Assembly (NCBI GenBank): GCA_964503465.1
Contig: CAZCYZ010000001.1
Coordinates: 129,702 to 193,701 of the forward strand
DNA length: 64,000 nucleotides
Origin: an uncultured Gammaproteobacteria bacterium
GTDB taxonomy: Bacteria; Patescibacteriota; Microgenomatia; UBA12405
Direction: 5' to 3'
Shown: positions 18,824-28,710 of the stretch, piece by piece
How positions within the stretch are numbered: the stretch's first letter is position 1
How the letters are laid out: each line of letters starts with the position of its first letter
Made by a program: the position numbers and the translations under genes
The notes under the pieces: generated by a model
The model's database searches: none
Seen by the model: only the letters and a program-made list of their open reading frames with translations
What the model was told of the DNA's origin: nothing

Positions 18824-21800
18824 GTGATCAATAGTTTTGATTCCGAATATCAAAAGCTTAATTCCGACCAAAAACTAGCCGTCGATACTACCGATGGTCC
18901 AGTCATGGTTGTCGCCGGTGCTGGCACTGGCAAAACTCAAACTATTGCTCTCCGCATTGCCAACATCCTCCAAAAGACTCAAATCGGCCCTAGCAACATT
19001 CTCTGTTTAACCTTTACTGACTCGGCCGCTATCAACATGCGCCAGCGTTTGTCATCCATTATTGGCCCCGATGCCTATTCAGTTCGCATCAGCACCTTTC
19101 ATTCGTTTTGTCAGTCGATTATCAAACACCATCCCGAGCATTTTCTTCAGTTTCACTCCGATTCCGAAGCCCTGGACAAAATCGAACAAATTCAAATCAT
19201 TCAATCCTTGATCGATAAACTTCCTCCCAATAGCCCTCTGACCAGCTCCGTCGAAATCTACTATGCCCAAAACCAAATAATTTCGGCCATCGAATCACTT
19301 AAAAAAGAAAGTATTTCTTCATCAGTTCTTGCTGATCTAATCAATCAATCCAGTCAATTCCTTCAATCGGCTGCCAGCTGTTACCAACAACTAAAAACCA
19401 TTCGGGCCGACAAAAAAAATCTTAATCAAATCATCGATATCGTGAATAAGTTAATTAAATTACCCAACATTAATTCCACTTACCAAACCAAAATTTCCTC
19501 ACTTGTCAAAGATCACTTAACTTCAGCCAAAGAAATCAAAACTTCAATTATTTGTTTTTATGAAAACTGCCAAAAAAACCTTCCCAAACAACAATCTCTC
19601 CTTTGGCTGTTTATCGAGTATCAACAACAACTTAGCTCTCGCCACCTCTTTGATTTTGATGACATGATCCTCTCAGTCATCGATCTTTTCAAAAATAAAC
19701 CAGAAATTTTGGCTGAATATCAGGAAAGATTCCAATATATCCTTGTTGATGAGTATCAAGACACAAATTCTTCTCAAAACCAAATTATTGATTTACTTGC
19801 CGGTTCTGATTTCCCTAATGTTTTTGTCGTTGGTGACGACGACCAATCAATTTTCCGCTTTCAGGGAGCTAGCACTGAAAATGTTTATCACTTCTATCTT
19901 CGTTATCACCCCCAACTGGTTGTCCTTCGCAATAATTACCGCAGTCATAGATTAATTTTAGCTTCAAGCCAAACACTTATTAACCGCAATCTCAATCGAA
20001 TTGCTACCAAAATTAGTAATATTGACAAGACTTTGATTGCCTCTCGGGATTACGACCCCGACCCAATCAATTTTTATGTTGCCCAGTCAAACATTGAAGA
20101 AAATTATTGTCTGGCTTCTTCCATTAAAAAACTTACTGATACCGGAGTAGATCCGAACCATATTGCCGTTTTAGTTCGAAATAATGCCGATATTGATGAT
20201 CTCCTGCCAGCATTATCAAGTTTCAATATCAAATACACCAAAGATTTTAGTATCAACATTCTTCTCCAACCGCCAATCATTCAACTTATTGACCTCCTTC
20301 GTTTGCTCTCCAATCCAACTGATTCCATTCTTTTTGGTAAAGTTCTAAATTTTCAGTTCCTAAATTTCCCCGCAATTGACCTTTATCGTCACTTCCACCA
20401 ACAACCAACATCTGACAAGTTTGTCAAACGTCTTGATAGGTTTACTGACCGTCTTGCTAAATTTCAAAAACAAAAGTTAAATCTTCCACCTGACAGACTT
20501 TTCAATCGCCTTATCCGTCGTTTTGGTTACCTAAAATGGGTTCTGCGTTGCCGTAATCTCGAACTCCTAAAACAACTCGACCGACTTTACCAGGAATTTA
20601 AAGTTAACTACACCGACAAAAGGCTGACTTTCGATCAAATAGTCTCCCGCCTTTCAACCCATTTTGATAGCAACCTATCCCTCAATTGTCCACCGCTTTT
20701 GTCCGAGTCGGTTAACTGCGTTCGTCTCATGACTATTCACAAAGCTAAAGGCTTGGAATTTGACCATGTTTTTCTCCCTAAGGCCCTAGCTTCTCGTTGG
20801 GAAGATGCTCGCGGTCGACAGTCAATTCCCCTTCCGCTTGGAATTATTGCCTCTGAAGTTATTGGCCCCAATTATGACCAAGAGCTTGAGGAAAACCGCC
20901 GTCTCTTTTATGTTGCCTTAACCCGGGCTAAAAACCAAATTTATCTCTCCTACACTCAAAATAATCCCGAAGGTCGGGAACTTCTCCCCACTCGTTTTAT
21001 TGCCGAAATTGACCCCAAAAATATTCAGACTTTTCCCACCGACCCCAATATCGAATCGTCCGCCCTAAAGTTACAGTTCTCCATGCCCAACACCAAATTG
21101 TTCTCGACTCAATTGTCCGACTATCTTCGGTGGTACTTTGCCAACAAATACCGCCTCAATATTACCCACCTTAACTCATATCAAAAATGCCCTCTTTGTT
21201 TTTTCTTCAAAACCATTTTAAAAATTCCTCAAGCCAAGACTATACCACTTTCTTATGGCACTTCTGTTCATGGGGCCCTCGCCTATCTTTTTTCAAGCTA
21301 TAAAAGAACCGATTCCTTAATTCCTCTCAATCAATTTCTTAACATTTTTCAAAATAATTTAGTCAGAGAGAATTTACCACTCAAAAATTTTGACGAATTA
21401 CTGACTCGTGGCCGTCAACAGCTAACCGAATATTACCAGCATTATCAATCAAACTTCAGTGGTCGTTGTCTAGTCGAACATGATTTTCGTCCTTATCTGG
21501 CACGGATCGATGATATCCCTATCACTGGTAAGGTTGACAAGATTGAGATTATTTCTGGAAGAAAAGTCAATGTAGTTGATTTTAAAACTGGTAAACCAGA
21601 CAACAAATATCATGAAATTTCTCGGGAAGGGGATTATTTCCGCCAACTTGTCTTTTACAAGATTCTAGCCGATCACAGTCCTGGCTTTAATTATCAGGTT
21701 GTTTCTGGTTCAATTGACTTTATTCAGACCAACTCTCGCAACCAATTTGTCCGTCGTGATTACGACATTACTCCTTCCGACATTTCATCCCTCACTAGCA

Positions 21801-21928
21801 TTATCAAAGATACCTATCAAAAAGTTATCTCTTTAAATTTTTCCCAAAACCCATCCTGCCCCGACCACGACCACCTTCATCATCTTGCTTCCAAATACTT
21901 TTTCACTTGTTCCTCGATCCAGGGGTAA
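18824..21928 (+). CDS. UvrD-like helicase fused to a C-terminal RecB-family (PD-(D/E)xK) nuclease with a Cys cluster (AddA/AddB-like single-chain helicase-nuclease)
   Basis: Walker A VVAGAGTGKTQT, DEYQDTN, TIHKAKGLEFDHVF, YVALTRA helicase motifs. C-terminal nuclease motifs EHDF...DKIEII...VVDFKTGK...YFRQLVFYKIL. Cysteines at CPLC and CPDHDHLHHL...FTC. Confidence 0.8.
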   Translation: MINSFDSEYQKLNSDQKLAVDTTDGPVMVVAGAGTGKTQTIALRIANILQKTQIGPSNILCLTFTDSAAINMRQRLSSIIGPDAYSVRISTFHSFCQSIIKHHPEHFLQFHSDSEALDKIEQIQIIQSLIDKLPPNSPLTSSVEIYYAQNQIISAIESLKKESISSSVLADLINQSSQFLQSAASCYQQLKTIRADKKNLNQIIDIVNKLIKLPNINSTYQTKISSLVKDHLTSAKEIKTSIICFYENCQKNLPKQQSLLWLFIEYQQQLSSRHLFDFDDMILSVIDLFKNKPEILAEYQERFQYILVDEYQDTNSSQNQIIDLLAGSDFPNVFVVGDDDQSIFRFQGASTENVYHFYLRYHPQLVVLRNNYRSHRLILASSQTLINRNLNRIATKISNIDKTLIASRDYDPDPINFYVAQSNIEENYCLASSIKKLTDTGVDPNHIAVLVRNNADIDDLLPALSSFNIKYTKDFSINILLQPPIIQLIDLLRLLSNPTDSILFGKVLNFQFLNFPAIDLYRHFHQQPTSDKFVKRLDRFTDRLAKFQKQKLNLPPDRLFNRLIRRFGYLKWVLRCRNLELLKQLDRLYQEFKVNYTDKRLTFDQIVSRLSTHFDSNLSLNCPPLLSESVNCVRLMTIHKAKGLEFDHVFLPKALASRWEDARGRQSIPLPLGIIASEVIGPNYDQELEENRRLFYVALTRAKNQIYLSYTQNNPEGRELLPTRFIAEIDPKNIQTFPTDPNIESSALKLQFSMPNTKLFSTQLSDYLRWYFANKYRLNITHLNSYQKCPLCFFFKTILKIPQAKTIPLSYGTSVHGALAYLFSSYKRTDSLIPLNQFLNIFQNNLVRENLPLKNFDELLTRGRQQLTEYYQHYQSNFSGRCLVEHDFRPYLARIDDIPITGKVDKIEIISGRKVNVVDFKTGKPDNKYHEISREGDYFRQLVFYKILADHSPGFNYQVVSGSIDFIQTNSRNQFVRRDYDITPSDISSLTSIIKDTYQKVISLNFSQNPSCPDHDHLHHLASKYFFTCSSIQG

Positions 21929-22845
21929 GTTAGCTCTACCCCCCGTTTTAATGGAAATTGAGCTTTCCAGCCAGTAGCATAGATTTTGTCGTTACTAAAA
22001 TTTCGTGATTGAACACCAACCGGCCCCCTAATGTGTTTGATGGTAATATTTTTATTAGCCACCTTGGCAACTATTGCCACTAGTTCGTCAACCGAGACAT
22101 ACTCTGGATTACCAATATTCGTTGGTACCGAAACTTCCGAGTCTACTAACTTTCTTATCCCGTCTACCATATCGTCCACATAAGTGTATGACCTTACCGC
22201 CGTTCCGTCCCCCCAAACTTCTATCTCCCCCGAGTCACCTTTGATTTCGGCCACCTTTCGGCATATTGCCGCCGGGGCTTTTTCTCGTCCCCCTTGCCAA
22301 GTTCCTTCAGGTCCATAACAGTTCTGAAATCTGGCTATCCGTACTTTCATCGAGTATTTTCGCCCATACGCTAGCAACATTCTTTCACTATAAAGCTTTT
22401 CCCATCCATATTCATTATCCGGCTGGGCTGGATAAGCCTGTTCTTCGACCATTTCTGGTTCACCGATTTTCATATCACGATACACACAGACCGAAGATGA
22501 AAAAAAATACTTTCTCACCCCTAGTTTGGCGGCGGAGTCAATCATATTAATATTAATTAAGGCGCTATTTCTCATAATTTCGCATTCGGCTGAGTGGATA
22601 AAGCCCATCCCCCCCATATCTGCCGCTAGCTGATAGACCTCATCAAATCCACCGTCTATGGTTAAAGCTTTAATGCAATTTTCTCTTTCCCTCAAATCTA
22701 ATACTAAGAACTCATCTGCGACTGATTTGGTGAATTCATGATTTTTTATATCCACCCCTCTAACCCAATAACCATCTTTTTTTAGCCTCTTAACCAAATG
22801 TCCGCCAATAAAACCTCCTGCTCCCCCAACCAAAACTTTTTTCAT
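21880..22845 (-). CDS. gme: GDP-mannose 3,5-epimerase-like NAD-dependent epimerase (SDR family)
   Basis: GGAGGFIGGH Rossmann motif, LAADMGGMGFI, YGWEK (YxxxK), GTWQGGREKAPAAICRK, GPVGVQSRNFSN and the C-terminal YPWIEEQ all match GME. Its 3' end convergently overlaps the helicase-nuclease by 49 nt. Confidence 0.75.
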   Translation of the reverse strand: MKKVLVGGAGGFIGGHLVKRLKKDGYWVRGVDIKNHEFTKSVADEFLVLDLRERENCIKALTIDGGFDEVYQLAADMGGMGFIHSAECEIMRNSALININMIDSAAKLGVRKYFFSSSVCVYRDMKIGEPEMVEEQAYPAQPDNEYGWEKLYSERMLLAYGRKYSMKVRIARFQNCYGPEGTWQGGREKAPAAICRKVAEIKGDSGEIEVWGDGTAVRSYTYVDDMVDGIRKLVDSEVSVPTNIGNPEYVSVDELVAIVAKVANKNITIKHIRGPVGVQSRNFSNDKIYATGWKAQFPLKRGVELTYPWIEEQVKKYLEAR

Positions 22846-22962
22846 ATCTCTAGTCTACATAAATCACTTTAAAAAATCACCCAACTGATTCCAACCTGAA
22901 ATATGTCTGATAATATTTTAGTCCCTTGACAAACCCTACTATAAGTCTTTGACTTAAATAAA

Positions 22963-25900
22963 GTGCGTCCATTCAAGTTTTTTGGGATATTGTTTTGCGC
23001 AGTAGCATTGGCCTTCTTGACCATAAGTCCATCTTTTGCTGTTAATCAAGCCACCATCACTTCCCTGACTGTTTCTGACTCAGCTGTTGGTGCTACCAAT
23101 GTTACCTACACTCTTCAGTTTCAATTAGATACCGAAATTACCGCCGACACAGCCAAGTCAATGAATTTTGATCTCAACAGAATGAGTACCAAAAGTACCT
23201 GGGAAGGTGGAGATCAAACATCCAACATGGCCACGGCCACTGGCACCTTTAGCAGTTTTCAATATGACAGTACTGGTAGTGGTAATTGGGTCGATATTGA
23301 CTTTGGCGGCGCTAGTTATTTTCACAAAGAAATTTCAACCGACAATTCACTGTTAATTTGGGGTCTAGGTTATGTCGACAATAACGACATCCATTCGATT
23401 CAAACAACCATTCCTGTCAACAAAACGGTCAAATTAGTTGTTACTGGTGTTACTAACCCCAATAAAGCCGGTGCTTATACTTTTAGTATTGAAAGTGGTT
23501 TAGGACCAGCTAGTGACACCTACTGGTTGTTGCCCCAGGATTCTCTTGCTCGGGACCGAGCTCTGTATGTTGATATCGGCACCTATTGTTTACGGGCCAA
23601 GATCAAAGATCCTACCGGGGCTACTGCCATTGCCAAGGCCGAACTCTATCTTCACAATTCTAACTGGACCATCACTTCTTGGGGCGGTAGAACTTTTGCC
23701 GATGGTGCTGTCTCTTACTACCCAGATGATTTCTGGTACACTGGCGGTCCGGCCCAGGAAACCTGTCCTACTGGCATAATTACCATCGAAGCCAACCCTC
23801 CAGGTGGCGTAAATACTTATGCCAAGGCTGTCGATAAGACACCCACATTACCGGGGGATAAAGACACTTATTACAATACCCCGATTACTATGTCGGCCAT
23901 TCAGCTTCAGGGTAGACTTCATAATCCTGCCGTCTCCTCTGGTCAGTATCACTATATCACCAACTCTAATGTCAGTTTTACTCCTTCCGACTTTAATCCA
24001 ACGGGGTTTAAAAACACTCAATCCGACAACAACGGAATTTTCAGAATTGGCGGTTTAGCCGTTGGAACTACCTACACCGTTGGATTTATGATGCCTTGGG
24101 ATAGTGGTTACGGAGGTATTAATGTCCCCGATTCATTTCAAGTTGTTGTTGATGCTGACGGGAAAGTAAAAACGGTCGCCGTCGGCGGCACTTGCCCTGA
24201 TTTTGCCGTTAATTGTGATTTGGGTGACATTGATTACACTGTCGCTACTAAGACCATCACCGGTACCCTCAAAGACAGTGATGGTAACCCAATAACCAGT
24301 GGTCGTATTCGAGCTTTTAAAGAAATGGGCATGGGCCAAGCCCAGGACGAGGTCGACTCCAACGGTAATTATTCTCTAACTGTCGGTGGCGGTACCTGGG
24401 GATTGCAGCCTGAACCCAATTGGAATCCTAGTAGTCCTCCCGATTGGTCTTATTGTGGTATGTCTAAATTTTTTGTCTTTGCCGGTGATACTACTGTCGA
24501 GACCAAAACTAGTGCCAATAGTAGTGGTCAAACAGACTTTACCGTCAAGAGAACTACTGTCACCGTCACCGGTGATGTCGTTTACCCCAACGGCAATCCA
24601 CTAACCGGCCAGGGTGGAGTTGAAGTTCGATCCAAGGAAGGTTGCGGTACCTTTGCTCAATTGGATATGAATGGTCATTTTTCCACCAAAGTTGCTCCCG
24701 GAACCTACAATGTTATGGTTCAAGTTTGGGATCAAACATACAGTGCTCCGTCTGTTCAAACCATCACCGTCTCTACCAGTAATTACAATGTTGGGACTCT
24801 CACTCTAACCGAAAAGAAAGACACCATTACTGGCCGAGTTTGGAATGATATCGATGGCGACAATACTTACGATTCCGGCGAGGGAATCAGCGGTCAACAG
24901 ATAAATGCCTCTAAAATGTCCAAAAAATTTGATGAATTTGGCGGTCCAGGCAGTGGTCCGATGATGGGTCCTGGCGGTGGTGATTTTAGCGGTACCACTA
25001 GTGGTAACAATGGAGTTTATTCTCTAAAAGTTACTCCGGGTACCTGGATGATTAATCTTATGTCCGACCCAGGGATGATGGGGGGATATTCCGAAAGCAG
25101 CACTAATTATATTTACAACGGCAGTCCGCTTGAAGTCAATGTTACCTCCTCGGCTAATGGTGGCACCTTCCCTGACAATAATTTTAAACTTACTGTTGCC
25201 GACGCCACCATTAAAGGCAAGCTGGTTGATAGTAACGGTACTGCTATTGCTGGTGTTTGGGGTTTTGCTTTTGCTGATACCGGTTCAGGTGGACCAATGA
25301 TGGGTGCTGGCATGGGGGCTCCGATTCAAAATGGTATCTTCACCATCAAGGTTCCTGCCGGCACTTACAACGTCGGCGTCGAATTTCCTCCCGAATCGTC
25401 TGGGTATACTCCCGCCTCGTCAACTGAAACCACTATCACCGCCGGTGAAACCAAATCAATTGATATTACTGTTAAACCCAATAACCGGAGGATAAAAGTT
25501 AACTTCAAAGACACCAACGGTAACCCTATTACCACCCTTTCTCAAGCTAATATTTTTGCCGACAACAGCAGTGGCGGTCATATGTTTAAAATGCTTTATG
25601 GTTCGGATCTGGTTAGCGGATCAACTACTCTTTCTGTTAGCGAGGGCACTTGGAATATTGGCTACTTCATTGATCCGACTACTAACAACTATATGTCCGA
25701 ACCCATGTCCAAGGACAATGGTATTACTGTTACTAGTGTTCATACTGCCGATAATCCGGCTGTTCTTAATATTACTCTTCGTAGTGCCGATTCAACCATT
25801 TCAGGTACTGTCACCGGTCCAACTGGCACTGCCTTGGCTGGTGTTTGGATTTCCACCGACAACCGTAAAGCCTCAGGATTCTCTAGTGGTGGCCCAATGT

Positions 25901-27366
25901 TCATGACTGGCAGTGCCACCGACTCAAACGGTAGTTATTCTATTTCTTTACCAGCCGGTACCTATAAAGTTCAGGCGTTCTTGCCTCCGTCAATGGGCTA
26001 TATTAATCCAGATGGAGTCGAGGTGACAATCAGTCCAAGTAGCCCTGGCGTCGCCAATTTACAGTTTAGTCAATCCGACGCTACTATTACCGGTTCTGTC
26101 TACCTAAACGAGGTTAAAAAAGGTGCCTTTATTTCCGCCTATTCGGACAAGGGTGGTTATAGTGAAACCAATGCTAATAGTGGTGATTATTCTCTCAATG
26201 TCACCAAGGATGACACTTGGTATGTTCGTGCTATGTACGAAACCGGTTCTGATTTTTACCAAAGCACCATTAACAAAGTCATTATGGCTGGTGCATCCAC
26301 CAAAAGCCAAAATCTTACGCTCACCAAAGCCTCATTCACCTTACCTGATTCAGTTTCAACTACCTTTGACTATCAGAATGCTAAAAAAATTAGTCTTAGT
26401 AACGGTTTCAATCTATCTATCCCTGCCGGCGCCATTCCCCCCACTAGTAACGCTACGGGAGATAACATTACTATCACCATTTCGCCTACCTCACAACTTT
26501 CTACCCAAAATAAGGCCATTCCCATTGGTATTGGTTATGAAATTACTGCCACCGATGACTCTGGTAGTCTTATCACCTCCAATTTTAACGACAATGTCAC
26601 CATTACCATTCCTTACACCGCCACCTATCTTGAGGAGGCGCTTGGTTCCAGTGACGAAACCTTGCTTGATAATGGTTATTGGGATACCACCACTTCTACT
26701 TGGAAAGGTATAACCGGTACCACCATTGACACTACTAATAAGACTATTTCCTTCACGGTTAACCACTTTACCACCTTCTCTATCCTCTCCAACAAAGACC
26801 CCAATACTGTTGGTGGCTCATCCGGTAGCAATTCTACTCAAGCTAGTACCAACAGTAACAGCACTCCAAGTTGCAACAGTCAGGTGCCAGGCAGTGCTCC
26901 AACTTTATTCAGAATCGATCGTACCAAAACCACTGCTAAACTTTACTTTGCTCCCTCCAGCGATCCGGTCACTTATTACTATATTGCTTATGGCCACAAG
27001 GTAGGGGATTATCGCTATGGGGCATCTTTTGACCAAGGACATTCAGGGGGTGTACTAACCTACACTATCAAAAGCCTCAAGCCCAATGTTAAATACTATT
27101 TTTCAATCCGTGCCGGTAACGGTTGCATGCCTGGACCATGGTCAAATTGGTTCCCCAACAAAAATGCCAAAGTAACTCCAGTTACTGCCTCGACATCTCT
27201 CAGGGCAAAAAACAATGCTGCGACTACCAACCTACCTCAACCCTCAATTCCCCCGGTGGTCGAAGCTCTCCCTACTTCTACTCCTCCTCCAAAACCACTT
27301 CCTACCCCCACTCCTAAGAAAAACATTTTTCAACAAGGTCTCGAATGGTTGAGGAAAATCATCTAG
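22963..27366 (+). CDS. Giant secreted/surface protein (1467 aa): signal peptide, many carboxypeptidase-regulatory-like/Ig-like beta-sandwich repeats, C-terminal FN3-like domain and Pro/Thr-rich tail
   Basis: GTG start, N-terminal signal MRPFKFFGILFCAVALAFLTISPSFA. Recurrent 'GKLVDSNG.PIAGV...NG.YSL.V.PGTY.V' units and repeated GGPMMG motifs. C-terminal Pro-rich PLPTPTPKK tail. Confidence 0.7.
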   Translation: MRPFKFFGILFCAVALAFLTISPSFAVNQATITSLTVSDSAVGATNVTYTLQFQLDTEITADTAKSMNFDLNRMSTKSTWEGGDQTSNMATATGTFSSFQYDSTGSGNWVDIDFGGASYFHKEISTDNSLLIWGLGYVDNNDIHSIQTTIPVNKTVKLVVTGVTNPNKAGAYTFSIESGLGPASDTYWLLPQDSLARDRALYVDIGTYCLRAKIKDPTGATAIAKAELYLHNSNWTITSWGGRTFADGAVSYYPDDFWYTGGPAQETCPTGIITIEANPPGGVNTYAKAVDKTPTLPGDKDTYYNTPITMSAIQLQGRLHNPAVSSGQYHYITNSNVSFTPSDFNPTGFKNTQSDNNGIFRIGGLAVGTTYTVGFMMPWDSGYGGINVPDSFQVVVDADGKVKTVAVGGTCPDFAVNCDLGDIDYTVATKTITGTLKDSDGNPITSGRIRAFKEMGMGQAQDEVDSNGNYSLTVGGGTWGLQPEPNWNPSSPPDWSYCGMSKFFVFAGDTTVETKTSANSSGQTDFTVKRTTVTVTGDVVYPNGNPLTGQGGVEVRSKEGCGTFAQLDMNGHFSTKVAPGTYNVMVQVWDQTYSAPSVQTITVSTSNYNVGTLTLTEKKDTITGRVWNDIDGDNTYDSGEGISGQQINASKMSKKFDEFGGPGSGPMMGPGGGDFSGTTSGNNGVYSLKVTPGTWMINLMSDPGMMGGYSESSTNYIYNGSPLEVNVTSSANGGTFPDNNFKLTVADATIKGKLVDSNGTAIAGVWGFAFADTGSGGPMMGAGMGAPIQNGIFTIKVPAGTYNVGVEFPPESSGYTPASSTETTITAGETKSIDITVKPNNRRIKVNFKDTNGNPITTLSQANIFADNSSGGHMFKMLYGSDLVSGSTTLSVSEGTWNIGYFIDPTTNNYMSEPMSKDNGITVTSVHTADNPAVLNITLRSADSTISGTVTGPTGTALAGVWISTDNRKASGFSSGGPMFMTGSATDSNGSYSISLPAGTYKVQAFLPPSMGYINPDGVEVTISPSSPGVANLQFSQSDATITGSVYLNEVKKGAFISAYSDKGGYSETNANSGDYSLNVTKDDTWYVRAMYETGSDFYQSTINKVIMAGASTKSQNLTLTKASFTLPDSVSTTFDYQNAKKISLSNGFNLSIPAGAIPPTSNATGDNITITISPTSQLSTQNKAIPIGIGYEITATDDSGSLITSNFNDNVTITIPYTATYLEEALGSSDETLLDNGYWDTTTSTWKGITGTTIDTTNKTISFTVNHFTTFSILSNKDPNTVGGSSGSNSTQASTNSNSTPSCNSQVPGSAPTLFRIDRTKTTAKLYFAPSSDPVTYYYIAYGHKVGDYRYGASFDQGHSGGVLTYTIKSLKPNVKYYFSIRAGNGCMPGPWSNWFPNKNAKVTPVTASTSLRAKNNAATTNLPQPSIPPVVEALPTSTPPPKPLPTPTPKKNIFQQGLEWLRKII

Positions 27367-27380
27367 TGTAAAATTACTTT

Positions 27381-28418
27381 GTGATCCCTGTCTATGCTCT
27401 CCTAATTCTGATTCTGGTTGCGATTGTCTATTTTATATATCTTCAGAAAAAAAATAAAACCCAGGAAATAGATTTGTCAAAAGCTATTGATACCCTGGTC
27501 AACATTGCCAACGAAAAGTTAAATGATAAAAACCAGCAAATTCAAATCGATCTTAACAACAAGAAAGATTCCATCGAAAAGATGGTTAAACAAGTTCTCG
27601 ATCAACTTTCGGTCGTTGAAAAAGATCGAATTGGTAGCTTCAATGGTCTAAGGGAAGCCATCGAAAATAGCCGCAAAGTCACTGAACAGCTTTCAATTAC
27701 CACCGAAGGTCTCAAGCGAACCCTAAGTAGCGATCGGATGCGAGGTGCTTTTGGTGAAAGGGTGGCCGAAGATTTACTCAAACAAGCTGGTTTTGTTGTT
27801 GGTACTGACTATAGTAGGCAAGAAGTTTTTGGGGAAGGTCGGCCTGATTTTACTATCTATCTCCCCGACAAAACCAAAATCAACATTGACGCCAAATTTC
27901 CTTATTCCAACCTAGTTAAAATGAGTGAGTCCAATAATGTTGATCAAAAGAATCAATTTCTTAAAGCCTTTGAAATCGACATCAAAAGAAAAATTACCGA
28001 TGTTTCGTCCCGAAACTATATTAACCCCGAGGAAAAAACCGTTGATTTTGTGGTCGTCTTTATCCCCAACGAAATGATCTTCAGTTTTATCTATGAGAAA
28101 TTTCCTGAGTTATTGGAAGAAGCCTTCAACAAAAAAATCGTTTTCGCTGGCCCTTTTAGCTTTGTCGCTATTTTACGCATGGTTCGTCAGGCTTATGACA
28201 ACTTCCGTTATCAAAAGAATATTCAAAACATCATTACTCAAATCAAAATTTTTGAAAAAGAGTTTATTAAATATAACCAGGAATTTCAAAAAATTGGTGC
28301 CAAAATTGATAGTCTTTCCCACCAATATGACGAGGTTGATCACACACGAACTAACAAGCTGTTAAGAGTTGTTGAAAAAATCAACCTTGAAAACCAAAAT
28401 CCTACGGCCATCGAATAA
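27381..28418 (+). CDS. rmuC: DNA recombination protein RmuC
   Basis: N-terminal TM, coiled coil, and RmuC core GAFGERVAEDLLKQAGF...GRPDFTIYLPD...IDAKFP. Confidence 0.7.
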   Translation: MIPVYALLILILVAIVYFIYLQKKNKTQEIDLSKAIDTLVNIANEKLNDKNQQIQIDLNNKKDSIEKMVKQVLDQLSVVEKDRIGSFNGLREAIENSRKVTEQLSITTEGLKRTLSSDRMRGAFGERVAEDLLKQAGFVVGTDYSRQEVFGEGRPDFTIYLPDKTKINIDAKFPYSNLVKMSESNNVDQKNQFLKAFEIDIKRKITDVSSRNYINPEEKTVDFVVVFIPNEMIFSFIYEKFPELLEEAFNKKIVFAGPFSFVAILRMVRQAYDNFRYQKNIQNIITQIKIFEKEFIKYNQEFQKIGAKIDSLSHQYDEVDHTRTNKLLRVVEKINLENQNPTAIE

Positions 28419-28686
28419 ATTGCCACTCTTCCTCTGGCTGTTGTTTGTTCTAGGAGTTATTTTTGTCCCTCCAAGCTCACCAGTTGTGGTAATTACTTTT
28501 TTTCTCCTCTTATTCTTGTGTCTTTTTGGAACCATAGGAATTTTCGTTCGTCCATTTCGTCGTCGATTAGTTCTTAGTCTCTGTCCAATTATTATTCTAG
28601 GATTACTTTTTGGTCGCCTTTTAAGCCCCATTAGTTTGGTTCTGGTTCTCGCTTTGACCTTCATTTTCCTCCTTGACACCCGTTAG
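28369..28686 (+). CDS. Possible small polytopic membrane protein
   Basis: Hydrophobic ORF overlapping the rmuC 3' end. A more likely start is in-frame TTG at 28420, right after the rmuC stop. The antisense ORF 28362..28679 is Arg-rich and rejected. Confidence 0.25.
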   Translation: MLKKSTLKTKILRPSNKLPLFLWLLFVLGVIFVPPSSPVVVITFFLLLFLCLFGTIGIFVRPFRRRLVLSLCPIIILGLLFGRLLSPISLVLVLALTFIFLLDTR

Positions 28687-28709
28687 CAGTCAGCATATTA
28701 TATTGCTAA
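28683..28709 (+). promoter_or_regulatory. Degenerate CIRCE operator (HrcA binding site) immediately upstream of hrcA
   Basis: TTAGCAGTC-N9-TATTGCTAA versus consensus TTAGCACTC-N9-GAGTGCTAA. Abuts the hrcA ATG at 28711. Confidence 0.4.
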
Positions 28710-28710
28710 T

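Noticed and set aside
22963-27366. Looked for CRISPR-like or other nucleotide-level tandem arrays behind the repetitive protein sequence
   Set aside because: Repeats are diverged at the DNA level and embedded in a continuous ORF with signal peptide. This is a protein domain repeat, not a CRISPR/satellite array. No CRISPR array was seen anywhere in the window.
28362-28679. 105-aa minus-strand Arg-rich ORF
   Set aside because: Extremely basic low-complexity translation antisense to a hydrophobic plus-strand ORF and the rmuC 3' end. Likely non-coding.
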